Translations under genes and position numbers: made by a program
The notes under the pieces: generated by a model
Seen by the model: the letters and a program-made list of their open reading frames with translations, nothing else
Databases searched by the model: none
Told to the model about the DNA's origin: nothing
Source: Candidatus Yanofskybacteria bacterium
GTDB lineage: Bacteria; Patescibacteriota; Minisyncoccia; 2-02-FULL-40-12; IGHO2-01-FULL-4-A
NCBI GenBank assembly: GCA_903897805.1
Contig: CAIUCV010000022.1
Coordinates: 1 to 62,417, forward strand
Direction: 5' to 3'
Length of the DNA stretch: 62,417 bases
Shown here: piece after piece, positions 9,153-17,125 of the stretch
How the letters are laid out: each line of letters begins with the position of its first letter
Position numbering within the stretch: position 1 is the stretch's first letter

Positions 9153-9181
9153 TTGAAAAGATTCTAGAGATATGTTATAAT
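9153..9181 (+). promoter_or_regulatory. sigma70-like promoter
   Basis: TTGAAA, 17-nt spacer, TATAAT, ending 7 nt before the ATG at 9188. Confidence 0.6.
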
Positions 9182-9187
9182 ATTGCC

Positions 9188-9853
9188 ATGGATAACGTTC
9201 ATCAAGCAAAAAGAGTCTTCCTTTGGCTCGGCATTATTGTTCTCATCGGCGGGGCTGTTTTCGGCATGATAAAGCTTGCCGGCAGAACCCCGGCGAATCA
9301 GACAGCCCTTTTGGCCAACGCCGTCTCTACTTCCGACTGGATTCAGGGCAATAAAGATAGCAAAGTCGTTCTAGTTGAATATAGCGATTTTCAATGCCCG
9401 GCCTGCAAGATATTTTATTCTTTTCTCAAAGATATTGAGAGCAAATATGGGAGTAAAATCCAATTTGTCTATCGCAATTTTCCGTTATCACAGCATGCTA
9501 ATGCTATGCTTGCCGCCCAAGCCGCGGGAGCCGCGGGGAAACAGGGAAAGTTCTGGGAGATGCACGATATGATTTTTGAAGGACAGGATACATGGGCCAC
9601 CCAGAGCAGCGCCGACGCAGAAAAAACTTTCGCGTCATATGCCCAATCGCTCCAGCTTAATATCGACCAGTTTAAAAAAGATTTGAACTCAACCGAGATA
9701 AAAGTGAAAATAGAAGATGACTACCAAGGTGGAATAAAATCGGGAATTAATGCCACCCCGACCTTTTTCCTTAACGGGAAAAAACTGCCACCCCCGACAA
9801 GTTATGGAGAATTTGAAAACGCCATCGTCCAAGCAATCAACGCTAATCCCTAA
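9188..9853 (+). CDS. membrane-anchored DsbA-family thiol:disulfide oxidoreductase
   Basis: N-terminal TM helix, CPAC active site, thioredoxin/DsbA fold signature (PTFFLNG). Confidence 0.85.
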   Translation: MDNVHQAKRVFLWLGIIVLIGGAVFGMIKLAGRTPANQTALLANAVSTSDWIQGNKDSKVVLVEYSDFQCPACKIFYSFLKDIESKYGSKIQFVYRNFPLSQHANAMLAAQAAGAAGKQGKFWEMHDMIFEGQDTWATQSSADAEKTFASYAQSLQLNIDQFKKDLNSTEIKVKIEDDYQGGIKSGINATPTFFLNGKKLPPPTSYGEFENAIVQAINANP

Positions 9854-10289
9854 GGGGTTAGTTTGGGCTTTCATCGTAATCGGCTTCCTGGGGTTTTTAG
9901 ACGCCACCTTTTTGACGGCCGAGCATTATCTTGGCTCTCTTCTTAACTGTCCGCTGTTCGGAGATTGCGAGAAAGTAACTACAAGCCCCTACGCGGTTAT
10001 CGGCGGCATACCCGTCGCCTTGATGGGAGCGACTTATTATCTCGCCATTTTTGTTTTAGGCATTGCTTATTTTGATGCCGGGCGCGCGCGGATTTTAAAA
10101 TTCACCGCTAATTTGACCCCGCTTGGCCTTATCGCCTCGCTTTGGTTTTTGTATCTTCAGATTTTTGTGATTAAGGCCCTCTGTTTTTATTGCCTCATTT
10201 CGGCAATAACCTCAACCTTGCTTTTTATTTTGGGGTTAATCTTGCGCCGGGGGACTAAAACTCGTATCATTAACGAAGAACTTTCTTGA
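9804..10289 (+). CDS. vitamin K epoxide reductase (VKOR) family protein
   Basis: Loop Cys pair CPLFGDC and active-site CFYC within 4-5 TM helices. Overlaps the dsbA-like 3' end by 50 nt if the ATG at 9804 is the start. Confidence 0.8.
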   Translation: MENLKTPSSKQSTLIPKGLVWAFIVIGFLGFLDATFLTAEHYLGSLLNCPLFGDCEKVTTSPYAVIGGIPVALMGATYYLAIFVLGIAYFDAGRARILKFTANLTPLGLIASLWFLYLQIFVIKALCFYCLISAITSTLLFILGLILRRGTKTRIINEELS

Positions 10290-10501
10290 TGAATGAGGAG
10301 GGAGTTGTGCCCGAGCGGAATTGTTTTGAGTGCGGAGTACCGCTATGCGAATGTATGGGATCGATAGTCGCTGGAGATTTTCTTGACTTTCTGGAGGGTA
10401 AAATACTTTTTTCTCAAGTTCGCGAGCGTTGCGGCCATTGCGTACTTCGCTGCCAAATTAAGTCTGGGGACTATAATACTCTTCTTGTTAACGCCGGCTA
10501 G
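10289..10501 (+). CDS. small Cys-rich (zinc-ribbon-like) hypothetical protein
   Basis: CFEC...CEC...CGHC..C pattern. The ATG shares a base with the VKOR TGA. No family recognised. Confidence 0.3.
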   Translation: MNEEGVVPERNCFECGVPLCECMGSIVAGDFLDFLEGKILFSQVRERCGHCVLRCQIKSGDYNTLLVNAG

Positions 10502-10559
10502 CCCAGCCGGTTTTCATTTATTGTTTCTATTTTAATTTCTATTTGCTAGAATAGGTGGT

Positions 10560-11489
10560 ATGAAACACAATCCACTTTTTTATCCGACGATTTTGGCCCT
10601 TACTGCGGCTGTGATTTCAGGGGCGAGTAATTTTCTGACTAAGATTGCCGTGACGGCGGTGAAAGACCCGATTATTTTTACCACTCTCAAAAACGCCATC
10701 GTAGCGCTATTTCTTATCGGAATTATTTTGGCCCTGAAAAAATGGCGGGAGGTCAAATCTTTAAATAGGAGCCAAGTTTTTAAATTGCTCGCTATCGGTG
10801 TCATTGGCGGCTCACTACCCTTCGCTCTGTTTTTTTCCGGTCTTGCTCAGACCAGCGCGATTAATGCCTCGCTGATTCATAAGACACTGTTCGTCTGGGT
10901 TTTGCTTTTCGGCATCCCTTTCCTAAAGGAGCGGCTCACAAGATGGCAATGGCTGGGGATAGCGGCGATTTTTGGGGCAAACTTGATGGTCGGTGGCTTT
11001 GGGGGATTTAAATACAACGCGGGCGAGCTTATGATACTAGGCGCGACCGTTTTATGGGCGGTTGAAAATATCATCGCCAAAATTACTCTCCGTGACCTAT
11101 CAAGCTCTCTGGTAGTTGGCGCTAGGATGGTTATCGGTTCACTGGTTCTTTTCTCGTTTGTTGTTTGGCGCGGGGGCGCAAGCGCCGTTTATGTCCTTAA
11201 CTTTCAACAATGGGGGTGGACGATACTAACCAGTGCCCTGCTTTTGGGTTTTGTGCTTACTTGGTATACGGCCTTGAAACACGCGCCGGCAACATATATT
11301 GCTACTTTGCTTGTGCCGGCGACACTGATTACTAATGTGCTCTCCGCAGTTTTTATTACTCATGTCTTTTCCGGCTCGCAAGTCGTCAGTTCTCTTCTTT
11401 TTGCGGGAGGGGTTGCCCTTATGGTAGTTTTTTCTAAGAACGCCACTCAAGATCTATGCAAGGCGACAACCCAACCGATGGAATTTTAA
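10560..11489 (+). CDS. EamA/DMT superfamily transporter
   Basis: About 10 TM helices arranged as two EamA-like halves. Confidence 0.8.
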   Translation: MKHNPLFYPTILALTAAVISGASNFLTKIAVTAVKDPIIFTTLKNAIVALFLIGIILALKKWREVKSLNRSQVFKLLAIGVIGGSLPFALFFSGLAQTSAINASLIHKTLFVWVLLFGIPFLKERLTRWQWLGIAAIFGANLMVGGFGGFKYNAGELMILGATVLWAVENIIAKITLRDLSSSLVVGARMVIGSLVLFSFVVWRGGASAVYVLNFQQWGWTILTSALLLGFVLTWYTALKHAPATYIATLLVPATLITNVLSAVFITHVFSGSQVVSSLLFAGGVALMVVFSKNATQDLCKATTQPMEF

Positions 11490-12205
11490 GATGCAGCCGA
11501 TATGCCTTTGGTCCCAATCGACTCCATTACTGCGGACCCGATGCTAATGCCGAGATTTTGGCTTACATAAATAATGGGGCGACAGATCCGGGCCTAGAAC
11601 AGCTACTAAGCCAGTTCAAAACCCTTTATCCCTACTTACGTCTGATTGCCAAAACTTCTGGTATCGCCGATCCGTTTGATGGGCAGGTGGTAGAGGCATA
11701 TTGGATCGGTAACGAACTTTTGGAGAATGTCGGTCGTCGGCAGTTGTATGATCATTTGATTGATGAGCAGGAAATAAAAAAGCGACTGGGGAGTAAAGAC
11801 TTCCGCTGGATTGAAAAGAAAATTGCTCAATATGCCATGCCGCACCACTCTTTTCATGTGCTGAATGTCTGGATGCGCACCGGGCATCTGGAGCGTCCCC
11901 ATACTTTAGGAAGCATGGATGCCTGCCGAGTGTCATGGGGCAAAGTGATAAAAATAGACGGCCCGACTATTACAGTAGAAACGCCTCCTCTGGTTTTTCA
12001 GGGCGAGAAGCTCGCCTTGGGCGATCCGATTCAAAAGAAACTGATCCGTCGGCTGGAGTCAACCTTAGATATTGAACAGCTGAAAGTTGGTGAAATTGTA
12101 TCTATCCATTGGGACGTACCCTGCGAGGTTATTACTCCAGCCCAATTACAACAGTTGAAGAAATATACCCTTAAAAGTATTGTATTGGCCAACCAAACTA
12201 TATGA
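11456..12205 (+). CDS. conserved hypothetical protein with a possible HypC/HupF-like C-terminal domain
   Basis: RCSRYAFGPNRLHYCGPD N-terminus. The C-terminus, ACRVSWGKVIKIDG...VGEIVSIHWDVPCEVI, resembles the HypC pattern. Sits next to a hydrogenase protease-like gene. Confidence 0.4.
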   Translation: MQGDNPTDGILRCSRYAFGPNRLHYCGPDANAEILAYINNGATDPGLEQLLSQFKTLYPYLRLIAKTSGIADPFDGQVVEAYWIGNELLENVGRRQLYDHLIDEQEIKKRLGSKDFRWIEKKIAQYAMPHHSFHVLNVWMRTGHLERPHTLGSMDACRVSWGKVIKIDGPTITVETPPLVFQGEKLALGDPIQKKLIRRLESTLDIEQLKVGEIVSIHWDVPCEVITPAQLQQLKKYTLKSIVLANQTI

Positions 12206-12588
12206 TTGTTTTTGTCTTCGGGAATCAAGATATTGATGTAGATTCTCTTTCCCTGAAAATCCTGCCGGAATTGCGAAAAAAAATTCCGGAAATCAGTTTT
12301 CTAGTAAGGGACCCGAATGAAGATTTTGAGCTGCCTGAAAATGCGACTATTATTGACGTCGTCGCAGGTCTAAAAAAAGTCTGTGTTTTTAATTCGCTTG
12401 ATAATTTTCAGGCACCGCCCCAGATGACCCTCCATGATTTTGACTTATTTAGCCATCTTCAGCTCCTGAAAAAGCTCGGCAAGCTTCCGTCAAAAATAAA
12501 AATCATCGGTCTTCCACCGACGATTTCCGAAGAAAAAGCCCTGAATTCGGTCACTGCTATTCTTTTGTATTCCAAGAATTCAGTATGA
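12202..12588 (+). CDS. probable hydrogenase maturation endopeptidase (HycI/HoxW-like, divergent)
   Basis: FGNQDIDVDS, IIDVVAG and TLHDFD align with the GNxxxxDD / DA / H metal-ligand pattern. 4-nt overlap with the upstream gene. Confidence 0.5.
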   Translation: MIVFVFGNQDIDVDSLSLKILPELRKKIPEISFLVRDPNEDFELPENATIIDVVAGLKKVCVFNSLDNFQAPPQMTLHDFDLFSHLQLLKKLGKLPSKIKIIGLPPTISEEKALNSVTAILLYSKNSV

Positions 12589-12590
12589 CT

Positions 12591-12908
12591 TCAGTGATGA
12601 TGGTCGTGCGGAATGTCCCCGTCGCTAAGTGAAGTTGTAATGTAGACATATTCAACAGAGCTGTCTGTTTCATTCAAGACGTTATGTGTTTTGTCGCGTG
12701 GTATGTAAGCGAGTTGCTTTTCGCCAACCGCGAATTTTTCTTCCTCGCATATAACCGTAGCCGTGCCACGCAAAACAATTATTGCTTCTTCTTTGCCATC
12801 GGTTCGGTGCTCTCCGATTTCTTCGCCCGGACCCAGAACGACGCTGCCCGAACGCAAGCGTTCAGAAAATGGCGGTTTGAGCAATGAACGCTTTCCGTCA
12901 ATCGCCAT
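12591..12908 (-). CDS. cupin-domain protein with a His-rich C-terminus
   Basis: Cupin motifs GEEIGEH and PRDKTHNVLN. Ends ...DGDIPHDHHH. Last gene of the hydrogenase operon. Confidence 0.7.
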   Translation of the reverse strand: MAIDGKRSLLKPPFSERLRSGSVVLGPGEEIGEHRTDGKEEAIIVLRGTATVICEEEKFAVGEKQLAYIPRDKTHNVLNETDSSVEYVYITTSLSDGDIPHDHHH

Positions 12909-12945
12909 AACTAATGGGGAGTGGTCACATGGATCAATATCTATT

Positions 12946-14232
12946 TTATTCCCACTTAACTTTCAAAAAATGAGCGGCGCAACTGATGCAAGGGTCGTAG
13001 GCGCGGATGAGTTTTTCAATTTCAAACTGGATTTCCTCTTTTGATTTCGTCGAGAGAGATTCTTCAACCAGCCGGGCGATATCCTCTTCCATATTGACCT
13101 GATTTTGGCCCGTCGGCACAATAACTTCTCCTCCTTTTACGATTCCATCGCTTCCGAGTTCTACTTTGTGATAAAGCGTGCCTCTGGGCGCTTCAATTAC
13201 CCCAATACCCACCGCCTCTTGCGGCGGTTTTGTTATAACCGGCTCCGGCGTAAATTCACGGCCGGAAAGAATTTCAGTTGCGTCGTTAACGGAATGAAGG
13301 ATCTCTATCGCTTGAGCCAAATTGTTATGATAAATATTAGTGGAAGGAAAAATGGCCAGGGCGGTCTTTGCCGATTCTTTAGTGTGGGGATGGAGAAGGT
13401 CTTTGGCGACATTTATGCGGGCAAGCGCTCCAACCATATATGATTCCTGCTCGTGCTTGTAGGCGGAGGCCTGGGAATAGGGCAGGACTATGCGCTCAAG
13501 ATGACTCCTGAAATCACTCTCGTTGATTATCTCTCCATTACTGCTTTTGATCTGGCCGTTTAAAAAGCCGAAGCGCTCGGAGACCAGAGCCATATAATTG
13601 GTTTTTCTATCAAAACGCCAGGGCAGTTCCTCAAAAATTTTTATAAGACGCAGAACCGCTGGTCTTATTTCTTCCAGTTTTTTTATTGCTTCTCCGATGC
13701 CCTCTTTTTCGGGGAAGTGGAGAAAGCCGCCGATCGTCGGATGAAGAGCGTGGACGGAACGGCCGGCAATTAAAGTGCTCAAAAAATTCCCGGCTGCTTT
13801 TATATCAAAAGCGTCGTGTAGAAGCTGGTGCTCCTCGGGCTTGTTCTCGTCAAAATCAAGGAAATTATCTTTGCCATAGACATCAGGCATTACGAAGAGA
13901 TAAAGATGCAGGGCGTGGTCTCTGATCATGAGACCATAACTGGTAAGGTATCGCAGAAGCATTGTTTGCTCGGATGGCTGGATTTCCAAAGCGTGCTCGC
14001 AGGCCTCAATGGCGCATAAAATATGGGCGTTAGAGCAAGTGCCGCAGATCCTCGCTAAAAGCTGGGGGATTGCGGCAATCGGTTTTCCCTCCATCGCATT
14101 GGTGAAAAACCGCTTGTAATCCACGGCTTTAAAATGGACATATTCAACTTTTCCGTTGCTGACCTTTATTTCCACAGAAACTGCACCTTCCACTTTCGCC
14201 AGATTTTCGATTGTAAGATCTAAAGTATGCAT
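12946..14232 (-). CDS. [NiFe] hydrogenase large subunit (cytoplasmic group-3-like)
   Basis: N-terminal RICGTCSNAH and C-terminal DPCISCAAH Ni-Fe ligand motifs, followed by a short cleavable tail FLKVKWE. Confidence 0.9.
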   Translation of the reverse strand: MHTLDLTIENLAKVEGAVSVEIKVSNGKVEYVHFKAVDYKRFFTNAMEGKPIAAIPQLLARICGTCSNAHILCAIEACEHALEIQPSEQTMLLRYLTSYGLMIRDHALHLYLFVMPDVYGKDNFLDFDENKPEEHQLLHDAFDIKAAGNFLSTLIAGRSVHALHPTIGGFLHFPEKEGIGEAIKKLEEIRPAVLRLIKIFEELPWRFDRKTNYMALVSERFGFLNGQIKSSNGEIINESDFRSHLERIVLPYSQASAYKHEQESYMVGALARINVAKDLLHPHTKESAKTALAIFPSTNIYHNNLAQAIEILHSVNDATEILSGREFTPEPVITKPPQEAVGIGVIEAPRGTLYHKVELGSDGIVKGGEVIVPTGQNQVNMEEDIARLVEESLSTKSKEEIQFEIEKLIRAYDPCISCAAHFLKVKWE

Positions 14233-14239
14233 TGGGAAT

Positions 14240-14725
14240 CTACGATTTTAGCTCGGCTACTAGCTCATTAACTACTTTTAGAAAAATATTTGGGTCCATC
14301 GGACAGCCGGGGACTTCAGCATCAACTTTGACCACCTCCGAGACCCTCAGAACCTTGGGCAGGGCTGCAAAGCGTGCTATCAGGGCTTCAATTTCCTCTT
14401 TCTGTTTTTCGTCAAAAAAATTGCGCTGGCCTGCCGGCATACCCTGAACGGCGCAGGCGCCAACTGCTACCAGCTTTTTGGATTTTTGCCGGATTTCTTT
14501 AAGTTGCTCGGCGTACTTATCGGAGGTAATCGCGCCCTCAATGAAAGCAATATCAAACTCATCCATAATGTTTTTAGATTTCAGAACTCTTACATGCCGG
14601 AAATCAAACATCTTTTTCCATTCCTGCCAGTGTTCGTTCATCAGCTCGGTGAACACGATCGTACTATCTTCGGAACAAGAAAATGAAAACCAGCCGATTT
14701 TTAATTTTTTGTTTTCCTCTGCCAT
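14240..14725 (-). CDS. [NiFe] hydrogenase small (delta/HoxY-like) subunit
   Basis: GACAVQG and GCPMD cluster motifs. The first motif reads SCSED where CGGC is usual. Confidence 0.8.
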   Translation of the reverse strand: MAEENKKLKIGWFSFSCSEDSTIVFTELMNEHWQEWKKMFDFRHVRVLKSKNIMDEFDIAFIEGAITSDKYAEQLKEIRQKSKKLVAVGACAVQGMPAGQRNFFDEKQKEEIEALIARFAALPKVLRVSEVVKVDAEVPGCPMDPNIFLKVVNELVAELKS

Positions 14726-15972
14726 TAAGAGGGGGCTAGTGTTTTAAGGTCAAAATTCGGGTCAGCCAATTCCGCGTGATGTGCCGACAGGTCAACGTCT
14801 TTTTCAATTAATTTTGAGATCGGAGCCATTTCCGGAGTGCGATTCAGCAAAGTAGCGCCGACCAGTTCCTTATCTTTTAATAAAAGGCGGCCGTATGATT
14901 TTAATTCTTTTGAACCGCGAGTGATAATTGTGCGGTCGGGCAGGGGGCGCACATCTCCTACAAAAGCGATAGTAAGACCAAAGCCTTGAGCCGTGTAAAA
15001 CGAGACCATTCTAAATTGCTGTTTTTTGCCGAACATATTTAAGGCGGCGACACGTCCTTGCGTCTGCGCATTGACCCAGTTCCCGGCCTGCGCCGGTTCG
15101 CCGACCACTACATCATAAAATTCCGCTGCGTCGCCGGCCGCCCACACGTCGGGAAGATTGGTTTCCAGATACTCATTGGTTTTTATACCGCGTCCGCAGT
15201 CCAGACCGCAGGTCTTGAACGGCTCAACGGGGTAAGTAATGCCGATGCCGACAACAACCATCTGGCAGGGGAGCTCTTTGCCCGATTTTGTTCTGATACC
15301 CTCCACTTGATCCGCGCCGAGAACTTTTTCTGTCTCCTCGTTTTTTAAAATATTGACTCCGCCTTGACGCAGATATTCTTCAACAATCAATCCCGAGGTC
15401 TCGTCCCAGATGTTTGCCCAATAATACGGCTCCAGAATCAGAAGGGTGGTGTCAATATTTTTCATCCGCAGGAGTTCGCAGGTTTCAAAACTCACGAATC
15501 CTCCGCCGACGCACACCGCGCTTTTCGCAGTTTTAATGGTTTGGATGATCGCTTTGGCGTCTTCCAGTACGCGCAAATTGTATATTCCTTGTTTGTCAGC
15601 CCCTTCAATTTTTTGCGGGTCCCACTTTCGGGGATAGCCGCCGACTGCCAAAAGAAGTTTTTCGTATTGCAAAATCACGCCGTCATCCAAAGACACTGTT
15701 TTTTCCGTGGGGTTAAGGCCGGTTGCTTTCTTTCCGCCAAGAAATGTAATGTTTTGTTCCGTATACCACGACTCTTTTTTTAGAAAAATCTGCTCAAAAG
15801 GGATCTTCTCAAGAAAAAAATTGGGCTTGGAAAGCATTACGCGGGAATAAAAAACATGCGGCTCGTCGCTGACAATGGCAATTGAGCCGGTCGGGTCGCT
15901 TTGCCTCAAGGTTTCGGCGGCAGTAGTTCCAGCTACTCCTCCGCCGATGATCAGGTATTTAAACTGGGTCAT
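14725..15972 (-). CDS. FAD-dependent pyridine nucleotide-disulfide oxidoreductase
   Basis: IIGGGVAGTTAAE FAD fold, second dinucleotide fold VCVGGGFVSFE, and AAGDAA motif. Confidence 0.85.
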   Translation of the reverse strand: MTQFKYLIIGGGVAGTTAAETLRQSDPTGSIAIVSDEPHVFYSRVMLSKPNFFLEKIPFEQIFLKKESWYTEQNITFLGGKKATGLNPTEKTVSLDDGVILQYEKLLLAVGGYPRKWDPQKIEGADKQGIYNLRVLEDAKAIIQTIKTAKSAVCVGGGFVSFETCELLRMKNIDTTLLILEPYYWANIWDETSGLIVEEYLRQGGVNILKNEETEKVLGADQVEGIRTKSGKELPCQMVVVGIGITYPVEPFKTCGLDCGRGIKTNEYLETNLPDVWAAGDAAEFYDVVVGEPAQAGNWVNAQTQGRVAALNMFGKKQQFRMVSFYTAQGFGLTIAFVGDVRPLPDRTIITRGSKELKSYGRLLLKDKELVGATLLNRTPEMAPISKLIEKDVDLSAHHAELADPNFDLKTLAPS

Positions 15973-16470
15973 TTACGGATAAATTTGTTTTCCTTCCTTG
16001 TCAAAAAGGAGGATTGCTTTTGTGGGGCAGGATTGGGCCGCTTGTTTCAGAGTTTCGTCGTCAACCGCGTTGGCGTCAATTACGATGACCTTGTTTTCAG
16101 CATCCAGTTCAAAAATCGCCGGCGCGACGGCAACGCAGGAAGCCGCTCCGATGCAAAGGTCGCGGTCAATGACTATTTTGCCGATATTTGAACCCTCTTT
16201 TGCCCTTGGGTATTCTTTTTGGTTTGCCATAATATGTTTTTTGGATTTTTTAAAAATTACTTTTTCGACCTCGGGGACTTTTTCTTTAATGAGATCCCTT
16301 ACTACTTTATTATAAGTTAATTTAGCCAATGGGCAACTGGCGCAAACTCCCCCTACCTCTAAAGTTACGGTTTTGCCTTTGATTTCGGTTAACTCCACGT
16401 CGCCGCCATGCGATTTGATATAAGGTCTGACTTTAGACAAAATCCGTTTTATTTTATTTGTCCTGTCCAA
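15973..16470 (-). CDS. Nfu (NifU C-terminal-like) domain fused to a 4Fe-4S ferredoxin domain
   Basis: HGGDVEL...CASCPLA Nfu motif, then DRDLCIGAASCVAVAP ferredoxin-like motif. Confidence 0.8.
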   Translation of the reverse strand: MDRTNKIKRILSKVRPYIKSHGGDVELTEIKGKTVTLEVGGVCASCPLAKLTYNKVVRDLIKEKVPEVEKVIFKKSKKHIMANQKEYPRAKEGSNIGKIVIDRDLCIGAASCVAVAPAIFELDAENKVIVIDANAVDDETLKQAAQSCPTKAILLFDKEGKQIYP

Positions 16471-17122
16471 AATACTTTTCTTTATAAAAATGTATTAATT
16501 TTTCAACTTCTGGAAGGCATTGAGGGTAGCCGGCTCCCACCTTTGTTCTTTGCTGAACATCTTTAAGGGTAAGAGCGCCTTCAATGACCGCCTCCTCAAT
16601 ATCGGCTTCGGTAACTTTGGTGAAGGGGTCAATAATCCGCGAACCCTCTATCATTATCCGGTCATACTGGCTGGTTTTTTTGAACCAATTGTTGATGGCG
16701 GCTCGCAGGGCTTTATCGCCCAAAACCGAGCAATGGATTTTGCGGTCGGGCAAACCGCCGAGCCGCTTGATAATATCCTGCGGTTTGATTTTCATTGCTT
16801 TGTCCAATTTCATCCCGCCTTTTTCAGTTGCCATTACCGAAAGCGCGGAAGTCGCGGCAATGGCGCTGGCGCAGCCGAAAGTCCGCCATTTACAGGAGGT
16901 TATTCTGTCTTTTTTCTGGTTTATTTTTAGCCACATTCTCATCACATCGCCGCATGCTGGACTGCCGACAATTCCTTCGGCGTCAAATTCCGATTTTTTG
17001 GGATCGCACGCCAGAAAATTCCGCGGCTTAAAAAAATGGTTTTTGACGGCTTTAGAATAAACCCACTTTGCGCCGGTAAATTTATTCACAATATCCGATT
17101 TGTACTTTTTTATCTTTCTCAT
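16454..17122 (-). CDS. nifU: NifU/IscU-type Fe-S scaffold with a BFD-like 2Fe-2S domain
   Basis: GSPACGDVM, FGCASAIA and HCSVL scaffold cysteines. The C-terminal domain has GAGYPQC. Confidence 0.85.
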   Translation of the reverse strand: MRKIKKYKSDIVNKFTGAKWVYSKAVKNHFFKPRNFLACDPKKSEFDAEGIVGSPACGDVMRMWLKINQKKDRITSCKWRTFGCASAIAATSALSVMATEKGGMKLDKAMKIKPQDIIKRLGGLPDRKIHCSVLGDKALRAAINNWFKKTSQYDRIMIEGSRIIDPFTKVTEADIEEAVIEGALTLKDVQQRTKVGAGYPQCLPEVEKLIHFYKEKYFGQDK

Positions 17123-17125
17123 TAT

